From NCBI GenBank assembly GCA_965243025.1, contig CBDETY010000003.1, positions 4,032,001 to 4,096,000 on the forward strand: a DNA stretch of 64,000 bases, written 5' to 3'. Below the pieces are notes generated by a model, which was not told the DNA's origin, searched no databases, and saw nothing but the letters and a program-made list of their open reading frames with translations. Made by a program: the position numbers and the translations under genes. This DNA is from Candidatus Latescibacterota bacterium. GTDB taxonomy: Bacteria > Latescibacterota > UBA2968 > UBA8231. Below, one piece after another: positions 32,547 to 43,117 of the stretch (positions within the stretch are counted from its first letter, which is position 1; each line of letters opens with the position of its first letter).

Positions 32547-33314
32547 TTGCGATTACTTCCGCTTTCACTGGTTGTCCTCTTCTCCGTCTCCCATCCCGCA
32601 CCCGCCCAGCCGGGCGACAGCCTCATCGTCGGCGGCAAGCGGATGCTGCGGGCAGGGGTGAATGCCGGAAGCCTCGATTCCATGTACGCGGCCAGGGGGA
32701 TGTTCGAGCGGGTCCTCGCCGATACCGGTCTGTCAGCCTGGGGCCACTACTACACCGCCCTGGCCGACCACAGCATCGTCAACTACCTGCTGGGGCGAAC
32801 CGGCGACAGGGAACAGGCTTCCCGGCACCTGAAGTCCGCGGTCCATCACTTGCGGGAAGCCATCCGGCTCGATCCCCGGTCAGCCGAAGCCCACGCCCTG
32901 ATGTCGAGCGCGTACGGAAGGCAGATCTCCCTGAACCCCGTCAAATGGATCTTCCTGGGCCGCAGAGTCGGCAAAGCCCTCGAAAAGGCCCGGGAGATCG
33001 CCCCGGACAACCCGCGCGTGGTGCTGTGCGCGGCCCTGAGCGATTACCACACTCCCCAGGTGTTGGGAGGAAGCAGGGAGAGGGGAATGCAGGGGTTCCG
33101 GCGGGCCGCGGAGCTGTTCGCCCTCGGAGCGCCGGCCGATCCCATCCGGCCGGAATGGGGGCACAGCCAGGCCTGGGCCTGGCTGGGGATCGCGCACAGG
33201 GACAGGGGTGAAACAGAGCTGGCGCGCGCGGCCTTTGAAAGGGCCCTGGAGATCAACCCCGAGTTCGGCTGGGTCAGGAACGGGTTGCTTTACGAGCTGG
33301 ATATAGGGAAGTAG
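32547..33314 (+). CDS. Exported tetratricopeptide-repeat protein
   Basis: Signal peptide; AIRLDPRSAEAH, AWAWLG...AFERALEINPEF TPR motifs. Confidence 0.8.
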   Translation: MRLLPLSLVVLFSVSHPAPAQPGDSLIVGGKRMLRAGVNAGSLDSMYAARGMFERVLADTGLSAWGHYYTALADHSIVNYLLGRTGDREQASRHLKSAVHHLREAIRLDPRSAEAHALMSSAYGRQISLNPVKWIFLGRRVGKALEKAREIAPDNPRVVLCAALSDYHTPQVLGGSRERGMQGFRRAAELFALGAPADPIRPEWGHSQAWAWLGIAHRDRGETELARAAFERALEINPEFGWVRNGLLYELDIGK

Positions 33315-33429
33315 CCCCGGCGCGTGGTGCCGGGAGACCTGCGACCGCCCGGTCACGCAGATGAAACCCGTGCAAGAACAATCCGCAACTGGCGCCGGCG
33401 ATTGTCGCCATGAGCGCCCTCGTGCGCGC

Positions 33430-35988
33430 TCAGACGCCCGAATCGTCCAGCCCGGCCGCCTCGAGCATGGCGCGAACCTCCTCCACCGTCCTGCCCATCA
33501 CCGGAAGTTCCCAGCCCAGGCCGTCCCCGTTCGGAGTGAACCCCCCGCCGTCAACGTCGACCCAGATCGGATTGGTGTAGGCTACCGGCTTCATTCCGGC
33601 CTGCCAGCTGCTGCCGTATCCGACGGAGAGGTCGTGGCTTTCCCCGGTCGCCACCACGATGAGGTGGCTGTCCCTGCTGAGAGGAACGTCGATGTCGCGT
33701 TGGAACTTCACCACCCCGTCGTCGAACCAGTCGGGGTGGGACTGTCTGGTGAAGTTGACGTCCTCCCGCTGTCTGCCGTTTACCAGGACCTGGACGCGGT
33801 CGATGTCGATCCAGTCGGTGCACTGAACCTTCACCCGCAGGGTGACGGATCCCTGGGCCCGCGCGCTTCCCCCCGGCAGCACGCCGTCTCCGGTCGCCGC
33901 GGTGAGGAACGGACCGTTGGTGATCAGGACCCGTCCCGCCTTGGCGTTGCGCACGATCTCCTTCCAGTCGACGCCTGCCGGCCGGTCGCTGCTGCTGGTT
34001 ACGTAGCTCCGCCAGCCTCCGACGCCGTTTCCGTGCACCTTATGGGCGTCGGATACCGAGATGGCCGTGTAGCGGTGGCCGCGGTTGAGCAGCTGCAGCC
34101 AGATGAACTCGCGCCGGTGGCGCACCTGCTCCTCGCCGTTGCGCTCCCGGATTCGCCACGGCGAGCGCGCGAGTATCTCCTCGCCCCAGGCCTCGGCCCC
34201 GTCGATCAGCTCGGCCAACCCCCGGTAGCCGCCGTCCTCGCGGCCGTCCCGGTCGCGGTCGACGAAATCGAGGGAAATGTCGGGGTGGTTGAGATGCACC
34301 CAGCGTTCCGGCATGAGATCGGTCCAGTGGCGCTGGAAATCGCGCAGCACGATGGCGTTGACCCGGGGGTCGAACTGCCATTCGGGGGCGCCCCCGTCCT
34401 GGCCGTACGGGTCGGGCTCGTAGGGAAAGGCGTTCAGGTGGGCGCCCCGGCCCGTCAGCTCGATACCGGGAATGGTCACCAGCTCGTCCGCGAGACCCAG
34501 CTCCTCGATGAACGGCTGCCAGTCGAAAAGCCGGTTGTGCTCGGTCGTCGGCGCGAACTCGATCTGCTCGGCCGCCAGGTTGATCACGCGGTCCCGGGAA
34601 TGGGTCACGTTGTCTCCGCTCGGCGTCGAGTGATTGTGGAAATCGGTGCTGATCCAGCCCCGCGTATCGACGAGGCGGCGCAGCTTCGCTTTCACGAGTT
34701 CGGTCCGGCCGGGGCGCAGGCTCACCTCTTTCGCCAGGTGGGAAAACTCGATGCCGCGCGTCACCACCACCCGGTAGTCTCCCGGGGCGACCGGCACTTC
34801 GAACCGGCCGCTTTCGGAGTGATACTGATCGAGGCAGCCGTGCGCGCGCGTGGCCGGTCCGAGATCGGGGGAGGCGGTCCCGTCGATGCCGATGAACTGC
34901 ACCTTGCAGGGAATGCCCTCGCCGCTGCCGTCGCGAACGTCGAAAGCGATGACCGAGGCCCGGTCCATTTCGAGACCGAGCGACCGCGTGTCGCCCGCCC
35001 CGAGCTCCAGGGATTCCGAGACCGCGGAACGCCCCATATCGCTTGCCGAGACCTGGTAGGACCCGGGCGGCAGCTGCAGGCGGAACGTTCCGCCGGCGTC
35101 CGGATAGGCGGTCAGCGTGTCGCCCGCGCCGGTGATCTCGACCCGCGCCGAGGGAACCGGCTCTCCCCGCGGACCGGTGACCGATCCCGTTACCGAGCCG
35201 GTGGCTCCCTGACGCCCGGCCACCAGCCCGAAAGCTTCCGCGGGCGAGCCACCCACGGCGAGGAAGCGCTCGAAGGAGACCTCTTCCCCGGGCTGCAGCT
35301 CGAGCGTATCCGGTGGAGATTCCCCGATCCAGCCGAATGCGTACCCCACCTTGTCGGCCGGGTCGATGGCGTCGGCGACGGTGTTTCCCCCCGCCTTGCG
35401 AACGTCGGCCAGCCAGTGAATGCGGTCGGCAGTGGCAACCCTGTGAGTGGAATCGGCCTGATTGCGGAACGCCGTCTCGATGAGCAGCCCCTGCCATCCG
35501 TCCCGAAGCCGGAAGAGATGGCGCTTGTACAACCCGCGGTTTCCCGCCGCGGAAACAACGGTTTCGATACTCGCCCCGTCCGCCGACCCTGCGAGGATGC
35601 GGACGTGGCTGACGCCACCCTCCTGGTTCGAGGGAGCAAACAGGGTGAGCTGGTCGTTGCCCGACCCCCGCAGCGCCAGGTCGTACACGCAGCCCGGGGT
35701 AATCGCATTCCAGTTCGTTCCAAAGTTCGCCTTGCGCTTGGGCAGATCGCCCGAGATGGTCGCCTCTATCAAGTCGTTGCGCAGCACGAAATCGCCGCGG
35801 ATCCCGTCCGCCTCCTTGCCGCCGGGAAGCTCCTCCGTGTTGGCCTCGCCGATCTCGAAAGCCTCGGTGAGAGCAGCCGCGGGGCGGACGAAGAGAAGGG
35901 ATGGCAGCAGGATCAGCACCGCGGCGGGAAGGCATGCCTGGTGCGCGATGATCCGGAGCAAGGGTTTCCAGAAATGGAGTGCGGGCAT
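33430..35988 (-). CDS. CehA/McbA-family PHP metallohydrolase with carboxypeptidase-regulatory-like domain
   Basis: Signal-like N-terminus; STDFHNHSTPSGD, TEHN, HLNAFP, NHP, SDAH, YTNPIWVD. Confidence 0.82.
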   Translation of the reverse strand: MPALHFWKPLLRIIAHQACLPAAVLILLPSLLFVRPAAALTEAFEIGEANTEELPGGKEADGIRGDFVLRNDLIEATISGDLPKRKANFGTNWNAITPGCVYDLALRGSGNDQLTLFAPSNQEGGVSHVRILAGSADGASIETVVSAAGNRGLYKRHLFRLRDGWQGLLIETAFRNQADSTHRVATADRIHWLADVRKAGGNTVADAIDPADKVGYAFGWIGESPPDTLELQPGEEVSFERFLAVGGSPAEAFGLVAGRQGATGSVTGSVTGPRGEPVPSARVEITGAGDTLTAYPDAGGTFRLQLPPGSYQVSASDMGRSAVSESLELGAGDTRSLGLEMDRASVIAFDVRDGSGEGIPCKVQFIGIDGTASPDLGPATRAHGCLDQYHSESGRFEVPVAPGDYRVVVTRGIEFSHLAKEVSLRPGRTELVKAKLRRLVDTRGWISTDFHNHSTPSGDNVTHSRDRVINLAAEQIEFAPTTEHNRLFDWQPFIEELGLADELVTIPGIELTGRGAHLNAFPYEPDPYGQDGGAPEWQFDPRVNAIVLRDFQRHWTDLMPERWVHLNHPDISLDFVDRDRDGREDGGYRGLAELIDGAEAWGEEILARSPWRIRERNGEEQVRHRREFIWLQLLNRGHRYTAISVSDAHKVHGNGVGGWRSYVTSSSDRPAGVDWKEIVRNAKAGRVLITNGPFLTAATGDGVLPGGSARAQGSVTLRVKVQCTDWIDIDRVQVLVNGRQREDVNFTRQSHPDWFDDGVVKFQRDIDVPLSRDSHLIVVATGESHDLSVGYGSSWQAGMKPVAYTNPIWVDVDGGGFTPNGDGLGWELPVMGRTVEEVRAMLEAAGLDDSGV

Positions 35989-36266
35989 GGTCGGCCTCGT
36001 AATCGGGGTGGATGTGCGTTGGTGCAGTTGATGGTCGGAAGCGGCCTGCACCATGGCAAGCGGAAAACAATCTCGAAGAATCCCGGCATCCCCTGCCGCC
36101 TGATGGTGGCGGAACGCCCCTGGCGGTTCCACCCCAGAGGCAGTTACTCGCGCATCATGCCGCGCTCATGAGAAGCAGGCCTGGGAGAATCCATTGCCGG
36201 TGGTTTGTGATTACTATATTTCCGGAAGAAGTGAATGAAAAAAGCAAATTTTACAGGATAAGAATC

Positions 36267-36491
36267 ATGACTATTCTGACAGATCGTATCACCGTAAATC
36301 CAAAGCAGTGCGGGGGGCGACCCTGTATTCGAGGTATGCGGATTCGCGTCACGGATGTGCTGGATTTACTCGCCCACGACGCGACCATCGAACAGATCCT
36401 GGCTGAACATCCCGACCTTGAATCCGAGGATATCCGCGCCTGTCTTCGCTTCGCCAGTGAGCGGCTCAACCATCCCGTAATTGCTGCATGA
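36267..36491 (+). CDS. DUF433 antitoxin
   Basis: RITVNPKQCGGRPCIRGMRIRV...HPDLESEDIRACL. Confidence 0.9.
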   Translation: MTILTDRITVNPKQCGGRPCIRGMRIRVTDVLDLLAHDATIEQILAEHPDLESEDIRACLRFASERLNHPVIAA

Positions 36492-36829
36492 CCCTTTGGC
36501 TCGACGCTCACATTTCCCCGAGACTCGTCCCCTGGATTCGCGATTCCTCAGGCATGGATGTTATCCATGTGCGCGACCTGGGTCTCAGGGAGGCTGAGGA
36601 TCTCGATGTTTTCAATTCAGCGCGGGAAGCTGACGCGATTGTGATAACCAAGGATCGGGACTTTGTCGAGCTGTTGGGACGTCTGGGATCACCCCCGAAA
36701 GTAATCTGGATTACCTGCGGAAATACTTCTAATGCACGGTTGACCACGATCTTGTCGAAAACCCTTCCGGATGCACTGGAGTTGGTAACCAAGGGGGAGA
36801 TTCTGGTTGAAATCCGCGAGGCGGGTTGA
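36488..36829 (+). CDS. DUF5615 PIN-like toxin
   Basis: LWLDAHIS, HVRDLGL, ITKDRDF, PPKVIWITCGNTS; ATGA overlap with DUF433. Confidence 0.88.
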   Translation: MTLWLDAHISPRLVPWIRDSSGMDVIHVRDLGLREAEDLDVFNSAREADAIVITKDRDFVELLGRLGSPPKVIWITCGNTSNARLTTILSKTLPDALELVTKGEILVEIREAG

Positions 36830-36915
36830 CCGAGAGATTTGTTGAGCCCCGTAATCATGCCGCTGGCGAGATCAGCAGACTGTCCGCGTCGCGAAGGCAC
36901 ATAATCTGACCCTGC

Positions 36916-38031
36916 ATGAATCTCTTTGCAGGAGACGATTGTGTCGTTCTACGAGATACGGCGCGCCCGAGCATAGGCGTGTTCCCGTCCATCTTTCGCC
37001 ACTCCGCGACTGCGGCCCTGGCGCTGGCGGCGTTCGCCTGCGGGGAGCTGCCGACCGAGCCGCCGGCTCCGGCGCCCCCCGGATCGTTCACCGCTCTCCA
37101 CGTCGAGGGGAACCGCATCGTCGACGCCAACGGCGCCGACAGGATCCTGCGGGGGGTGGCCGTCGTCGATCCGCTGGTCGGCCGCGCTTCCCGCTACGGC
37201 CCCAACCCCAGCGAGCGGGAGATCGAAACCCTGGCGGTCGAGTGGAACGCCGGCATCGTCCGCGTGCCGATGCATCCCGACCTGATGTTACACAATCCCG
37301 ATTACCTGCGGGATCACGTCGATCCACTGGTCGAGTGGGCGGGGGAACGGGAGCTCTACCTGCTGCTGGGGTACCACGCCCACGGCAACCCGCTGACCGG
37401 AGAGGTCGAGGATACCCCCTGGGGCTCTACCCCGCCCTGGAACGGCAACCCCTACAACCCCGACCTCGGGCTGGCGCTCGCCTTCAATGCCGAGATCGCC
37501 GCCCGCTACCGCGACAGGCCGTGGGTCCTCTACAGCGTCTTCAACGAGCCGGCCTACATCTCCTGGAGGGACTGGCGCCCGGTGGCCGAACAGCTCGTCG
37601 ACGCGGTGCGGGACCACCACCCCGAGGCCCTGATCCTGGTCTCCGGCGTCGACTTCGCCAGCGAGCTGGACGGCGCGCTCTCCGACCCGGTGCGCCGCGA
37701 CGGCATCGTCTACGAGATCCACCCCTACCCCTGGGTCGGAGAGTCCTGGAAGAGGGTGGTCTCCGAGCTGTCGGCGACCTTTCCGGTGTTTCTCGGGGAA
37801 TGGGGATTCGGCGCCGGACACCCGGCGAACATGCGCAGGTACGGGGAGGCCCTGGTCCGCTACTGCGAGGAGCTTGGGCTCGGCTGGACCGCCTGGATCT
37901 GGGACCACTCCTGGACCCCGAGCATGTTCACCTCCTGGAGACGCACCAGGCTCACCCCTTTCGGGGCCCTGGTGAAGCGGGCCCTGGCGCCCGCAGAACC
38001 GCTGTCATTCCACTCCGGCGGGGACGGTTAG
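36916..38031 (+). CDS. Glycoside hydrolase family 5 (cellulase-like) lipoprotein
   Basis: Lipobox-like LAAFAC; VRVP, FNEP (acid/base), EIHPY, FLGEWG (nucleophile), WTAW; start may be the GTG at 36979. Confidence 0.85.
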   Translation: MNLFAGDDCVVLRDTARPSIGVFPSIFRHSATAALALAAFACGELPTEPPAPAPPGSFTALHVEGNRIVDANGADRILRGVAVVDPLVGRASRYGPNPSEREIETLAVEWNAGIVRVPMHPDLMLHNPDYLRDHVDPLVEWAGERELYLLLGYHAHGNPLTGEVEDTPWGSTPPWNGNPYNPDLGLALAFNAEIAARYRDRPWVLYSVFNEPAYISWRDWRPVAEQLVDAVRDHHPEALILVSGVDFASELDGALSDPVRRDGIVYEIHPYPWVGESWKRVVSELSATFPVFLGEWGFGAGHPANMRRYGEALVRYCEELGLGWTAWIWDHSWTPSMFTSWRRTRLTPFGALVKRALAPAEPLSFHSGGDG

Positions 38032-38565
38032 CTTTCTCAGGACAATCGCGTGGCCTCCGAACAACTGGTTGGGCGCGGAGGAGGACAGGAAGGAGAGCAG
38101 GGTGTCGGAGGGGCTCGCCAGGACCACTTCCGTCTCTCCTGATTCCTTCTTTACCTGTCCGCGCAGCTGCCCGGCGGCGATGGCGCGCTCGAACTCCTCG
38201 GTCGGCTCAAGGAGGAGGACCAGATCCCCGTTGGTTGCGAAGTCGTAGTTCAGCAACTCCCAGAAAGGAATTTCGTCGTCATCGAACCCCAGGCTCGCGT
38301 AACGGCCCTCTCCCGCGTGGGCGACGACGAACTCGCCGCGGCTGACGCGGAACTCGCCATTCTTCCATTCCAAAATTGCCATCCGGCCGACGTTGTCTTC
38401 GCCGAACTTCAGGTGGATGATGTCGTCCTCGAAGAGCCACGCCCCTTCGAGCCGGTCCTTGTCGAGCGCCTCGGGACGGTCCGTCACCGGGTGCTCCGTC
38501 TTCACCGACGAGCAGCCCGCGGCTGCCACGGCCAGGATCGCCAGCCAACGGCTTTTTGCGGTCAT
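38005..38565 (-). CDS. Hypothetical lipoprotein
   Basis: GGGAGGGAG RBS; MTAKSRWLAILAVAAAGC lipobox. Confidence 0.7.
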   Translation of the reverse strand: MTAKSRWLAILAVAAAGCSSVKTEHPVTDRPEALDKDRLEGAWLFEDDIIHLKFGEDNVGRMAILEWKNGEFRVSRGEFVVAHAGEGRYASLGFDDDEIPFWELLNYDFATNGDLVLLLEPTEEFERAIAAGQLRGQVKKESGETEVVLASPSDTLLSFLSSSAPNQLFGGHAIVLRKLTVPAGVE

Positions 38566-38770
38566 GTCACTCCCTCCCGTTTTTGCGATATTGTGCCCTG
38601 TCAGCCCGCTGAAAGAGTCCAAACCGGGCCGCGGCCGGCCCTGACGTTCGAAATACGGCGTCCGGGTTCGACCGCCATGAACCCGGCCTCCTCCCCAGAC
38701 TTTCAACCGGCCATTTCGAGACGTTCGAGTTCGCCTCGAGTTCAATAAACAGACCAGGGTGCACCCCCGC

Positions 38771-39556
38771 ATGAGCTGGAAAATCGAAACCACCGTCAGC
38801 GACGAGCAGGTCCGCTTCTACCGGGAAAACGGCTACCTGACCTTCGGGCGCATCTTCACCGAGCCGGAGCTGGATGAGCTGCGCGACTACGTCGGCGGAA
38901 TGATCGCCGCCCTGCCGCCGGAGCGGCGGCCCGAAAGCCTCGACGTCCCCCACTTCGAGCACCCGTTCCTGTTTCGATACCTCACCCACCCGCGGGTGCT
39001 CGACGTCATCGAGCGCTTCATCGGGCCCGACATCGTGCTCTGGTCCAGCCATTTCATCAGCAAGCGCCGCGACGACGGCCTCGCCGTGCCCTGGCACCAG
39101 GACGGCGTCTACTGGGGGGACCGGCTGCAGCCGATGAAGGTGATCACCATGTGGCTGGCGGTCGACGAGTCCCGCGTCGAGAACGGCTGCATGCGCGTCG
39201 TGGCCGGCAGTCACCGCCGCCGCGGGCTGGCCTACGAGGAGATTCGCGAGGAAGGGTACCTGTTCGGGAGGGAGGTAGCCGGCGGGGAGGTCGACGAAGC
39301 CGACGTCGTCGACCTGGAGCTGCGGCAGGGGGAGAGCCACTTCCACGACGCCTTCACCCTGCACGCCTCCAATGCCAACCGCTCCGCGGAAAGGCGTTGC
39401 GGATACACCATGCGCTACTTCCCCGCCGGCGTGCGCCACCACCATCCACCCGGCAACGCCCGGAACCACTACATATACCTGGTGCGGGGAGAGGACCGTT
39501 CCGGCGGTCACAACCAGTACGCCCCGGTGCCGGCAATCGAAGAGAGGACAGCATGA
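38771..39556 (+). CDS. PhyH-family dioxygenase
   Basis: YRENGY, PWHQDGVYW, ENGCMRVVAGSH, LHASNANRS..RR. Confidence 0.9.
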   Translation: MSWKIETTVSDEQVRFYRENGYLTFGRIFTEPELDELRDYVGGMIAALPPERRPESLDVPHFEHPFLFRYLTHPRVLDVIERFIGPDIVLWSSHFISKRRDDGLAVPWHQDGVYWGDRLQPMKVITMWLAVDESRVENGCMRVVAGSHRRRGLAYEEIREEGYLFGREVAGGEVDEADVVDLELRQGESHFHDAFTLHASNANRSAERRCGYTMRYFPAGVRHHHPPGNARNHYIYLVRGEDRSGGHNQYAPVPAIEERTA

Positions 39557-40395
39557 GCGAGGACCCGCTGCGCATTCTCGTCGTCGTCGCCCACCCGCAC
39601 GACTTCACCCACTGCGCCGCCACCTGCGGCATTCACGCCGCCCGCGGCGACTCGGTCACCGTGGTCACCGTCACCAGCGGCGCCCAGACCCACAACGAGC
39701 GGCTCCACGACGAGCTGATGAAACCGGAGGCGGAGCGCGATTCGGAGGTGGTCGGCCAGAGCCCGGAGGAGTACGCCGAGGTCAAGGCGGCCGAGGTCCG
39801 GCGCGTCTGCGCGCTCTTCGGGGTCACCGACGTGCGCATCATGCAGTGGCCGCAGCCGTTCCGCATCGAGAACTGCCCCGGGGTCGTCGTCGACCTGAGA
39901 CAGGTCTTCTACGACGTGCGCCCGCACGTCCTGCTCACCCAGAAGCCCTACTACAACGCGCGCAACGGCATGGCCCTCATGTCCCGCGACGACCACAACG
40001 AAACCGCGATCGCCGTCCTCGAGGCGCGCGGCCTCGCCTCGATGCCCAACTACCAGACCCGGCAAAGGCCCCACACGACCGCGGCGACCTACTACCTCGG
40101 CGTCTACTTCACCCGCGAGGAGATCGACTTCTACGTCGACATCACCGAATGGCGCGACAAGCGCATCGAGGCGGAGGTGATGTTCGAGAGCCAGGGCCAG
40201 TTCGAGGAGTTCGCCCGCAAGCGGGTGGAGATCGGGGCGGGAAGCGCCGGCTGGCACGCCCACGTCGGCTACGCCGAAGCCTTCGTCCGCGCCGAGGCCG
40301 AGGTGCTGTCGGAGCTGCGCGTTCCCGAGATGGCGCTCCGCCGGGCGGAAGAACCGCGCGAAACCGGGCTGCGGCGCATGGCCGGGCTGCCGTGA
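39553..40395 (+). CDS. PIG-L/LmbE-family deacetylase
   Basis: ILVVVAHPHD, DDH, YVDIT, YAEAF; ATGA overlap with PhyH. Confidence 0.85.
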   Translation: MSEDPLRILVVVAHPHDFTHCAATCGIHAARGDSVTVVTVTSGAQTHNERLHDELMKPEAERDSEVVGQSPEEYAEVKAAEVRRVCALFGVTDVRIMQWPQPFRIENCPGVVVDLRQVFYDVRPHVLLTQKPYYNARNGMALMSRDDHNETAIAVLEARGLASMPNYQTRQRPHTTAATYYLGVYFTREEIDFYVDITEWRDKRIEAEVMFESQGQFEEFARKRVEIGAGSAGWHAHVGYAEAFVRAEAEVLSELRVPEMALRRAEEPRETGLRRMAGLP

Positions 40396-40619
40396 TGAGG
40401 CTGATCCAGCGCCTGGAATTCCGGAAACTTCAAGCCTTCCGTTGAACGCACGTCGGGCGGGATCCTTCGACCCCCCTCACCGGTCTGAACAGCTGCGGCA
40501 GGACCGCGGGAATCCAGGCGGTCGGGAGCAAGGCCCGAAGAACGGGAACGGGGTGACGGGAGCCGGGCCCGGAGATCTCCGCTCCGTTCCCCGGGGGAAC
40601 CTTCAGTGAGGAGGCGAAC

Positions 40620-41981
40620 ATGACAGACAGCAGGAAATCCAATCCGGAGCTCGCGAGGTTCATGGAGGGCCTGGAGGTCCGCAACCCGGGAGAGGTGGAG
40701 TTCCACCAGGCGGTCCGCGAGGTCGCAGAGACGCTGATCCCCTACATCGACCGCCACCCCGTCTACCGGAAGTACCGCATCCTCGAGCGCATGACGGAGC
40801 CGGACCGGATCGTCTCCTTCCGCGTCTCCTGGCAAGACGACGCCGGCGAGATCCGCGTCAACCGCGGCTACCGCGTGCAGATGAACAACGCCATCGGCCC
40901 GTACAAGGGCGGGCTGCGCTTCTCGCACACCGTGACCCCGAGCGTCCTCAAGTTCCTCGCCTTCGAGCAGACCTTCAAGAACAGCCTGACCGGCCTGCCG
41001 ATGGGGGCCGGCAAGGGGGGCGCCAACTTCAATCCCAAGGGGAAGTCCGACGAAGAGGTGATGCGCTTCTGCCAGGCCTTCATGTCCGAGCTTTACCGCC
41101 ACGTCGGTTCCCACGTCGACGTTCCCGCCGGCGACATCGGCGTCGGGGCGCGCGAGATCGGCTTCATGTTCGGCCAGTACAAGCGCATCACCGGGGCCTT
41201 CGAGGGGGTGCTCACCGGCAAGGGGCTCGAGTTCGGGGGCAGCCTGATCCGCAGCGAGGCGACCGGGTTCGGGGCGGTGCTGTTCCTGTCGCACATGCTC
41301 GCCGAGGCCGGCGAGGGGATCGAGGGGCTGCGCGCCAACATCTCCGGTTCGGGCAACGTCTCGCTGCACGCCGCCGAGAAGCTGATCCAGTTCGGGGGGA
41401 AGGTGCAGACGCTGTCCGACACGGGGGGCTTCGTGCACGACGCGGACGGCATCGACGAGGAGAAGCTCGCCTTCCTCAAGGAGCTCAAGGAGGTCCGCCG
41501 CGGGCGCATCTCGGAGTACGCCGAGGCCTACCCGGGGGTCGCCTACCACGAGGGGGCCAGGCCCTGGGGCGTCCCGTGCGACGCCGCCCTTCCGTGCGCC
41601 ACCCAGAACGAGCTGTCGGCCGAGGATGCCGGGGCGCTGATCGGCAACGGCGCGCGCGCCGTCTGCGAGGGGGCCAACATGCCGAGCGAGTCGGAGGCGG
41701 TCGAGCTGTTCCGCGAGGCAGGGGTGCTGTTCGGTCCGGGGAAGGCGGCCAACGCCGGCGGCGTCGCCGTCTCCGGTCTCGAGATGAGCCAGAACTCCGC
41801 CCGCCTCTCGTGGACCCTCGAGGACATGGAGCGGCAGCTCGAGCAGATCATGGCCGACATCCACGGCCGCTGCGCCGGGCACGGCCGCGGCGACGACGGA
41901 CGCATCGACTACCTCGCCGGGGCCAACATCGCGGGCTTCCGCAAGGTCGCCGACGCCATGCTCGCCTTCGGCATCGTCTGA
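40620..41981 (+). CDS. gdhA: Glutamate dehydrogenase (GdhA type)
   Basis: EFHQAVREV, GPYKGGLRF, LPMGAGKGG, DVPAGDIGVG, PCATQNEL, EGANMP, GKAANAGGVAVSGLEM. Confidence 0.95.
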   Translation: MTDSRKSNPELARFMEGLEVRNPGEVEFHQAVREVAETLIPYIDRHPVYRKYRILERMTEPDRIVSFRVSWQDDAGEIRVNRGYRVQMNNAIGPYKGGLRFSHTVTPSVLKFLAFEQTFKNSLTGLPMGAGKGGANFNPKGKSDEEVMRFCQAFMSELYRHVGSHVDVPAGDIGVGAREIGFMFGQYKRITGAFEGVLTGKGLEFGGSLIRSEATGFGAVLFLSHMLAEAGEGIEGLRANISGSGNVSLHAAEKLIQFGGKVQTLSDTGGFVHDADGIDEEKLAFLKELKEVRRGRISEYAEAYPGVAYHEGARPWGVPCDAALPCATQNELSAEDAGALIGNGARAVCEGANMPSESEAVELFREAGVLFGPGKAANAGGVAVSGLEMSQNSARLSWTLEDMERQLEQIMADIHGRCAGHGRGDDGRIDYLAGANIAGFRKVADAMLAFGIV

Positions 41982-42088
41982 GACTGGTTTGCCAGCCGGA
42001 TCCCCGGGGTTGCCGACGCGCGGGCATACCGCGCAACATATGCCAGACCCGCCCGGGCAAGCATGCCCGGCCAGAAAAAGGAGATGAC

Positions 42089-43117
42089 ATGGCCGACGAC
42101 ACGTTGCGGGCCGCGGTAATCGGAGGCGGACTCGGCGGCTCCCACGCCTACGCCTACGCCCGTTCCCCCCGGTACGACCTTGTCGCAATCTGCGACATCG
42201 ACCCCGGGGTCATGCCGCGGTTCTACGAGCGGGCCGAGATCCCCGCGGGCAGCATCGCCGAGTACACCGACTACCGCCTCATGCTGGAGCGGGAAAACCT
42301 CGACGTGGTCAGCGTCGCCACTCCCGACCACCTGCACGCCGACGCCACCTGCGACGCCTCGGAGGCCGGCGTCAGGGGGATCTTCTGCGAGAAACCAATT
42401 GCCACCACCCTGGAGGACGCCGACCGCATGATCGCCGCGGTGGAGGGGAACAGCACCTGCATGTCCGTCGACCACACCCGCCGCTGGATGCCCCGCTACC
42501 GGGAAATGCGCCAGGCGGTGCGCGACGGCGCGGTGGGAACCCTGACCCGCATCGTCGCCCACATGGGAGGGCCGCGGTCAATGCTCTTCCGCAACGGCAC
42601 CCACATCGTGGACGCGGTCTGCTACTATGCCGAGGCCGAGCCGGTCTGGGTGATCGCCGCCCACGAACAGGGCTTCGAGGAGTACGGCGTCGTGTACGAC
42701 GGCAAGGGGGGACGGGATCCGCAGTACGACCCGGGCTCGACTCTGGTCATCGAGTTCGCCAACGGCGTCCGCGCCCTGGTCAACAGCGCCAAGCTGACGC
42801 CGCAGTTCTCCGAGTACGACCTGATGGGGCCGGACGGACGCATCGTTGTCAGCGACCAGCACTGCCAGGTCTGGACCACCTCCGAGTCCCAGGGAAACCT
42901 TATCCCGGTCTCCTCCGACACCAGCCCCTCCTACCGGACACCCTTCGGCACCGCGCTCATTCCCCCGGTAGAGGAGCTCGCCGAGATGATCGCCGGGAGG
43001 GCCGAGAGCAGCTCGCCCCCGCGTCGGGCGCGCGACACCCTGGAAATCATGCTCGCCGCCCTGCGGTCCCAGGCACGGGGCAACGCGAGAATCGACCTGC
43101 CCCTCCGGAGGGAATGA
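42089..43117 (+). CDS. Gfo/Idh/MocA-family oxidoreductase
   Basis: AAVIGGG, VATPDHLH, CEKP, NGTHIVD; AAGGAG RBS. Confidence 0.9.
   Translation: MADDTLRAAVIGGGLGGSHAYAYARSPRYDLVAICDIDPGVMPRFYERAEIPAGSIAEYTDYRLMLERENLDVVSVATPDHLHADATCDASEAGVRGIFCEKPIATTLEDADRMIAAVEGNSTCMSVDHTRRWMPRYREMRQAVRDGAVGTLTRIVAHMGGPRSMLFRNGTHIVDAVCYYAEAEPVWVIAAHEQGFEEYGVVYDGKGGRDPQYDPGSTLVIEFANGVRALVNSAKLTPQFSEYDLMGPDGRIVVSDQHCQVWTTSESQGNLIPVSSDTSPSYRTPFGTALIPPVEELAEMIAGRAESSSPPRRARDTLEIMLAALRSQARGNARIDLPLRRE

Noticed and set aside
33361-36171. 936 aa plus-strand ORF
   Set aside because: Antisense to the PHP metallohydrolase, which carries the real motifs
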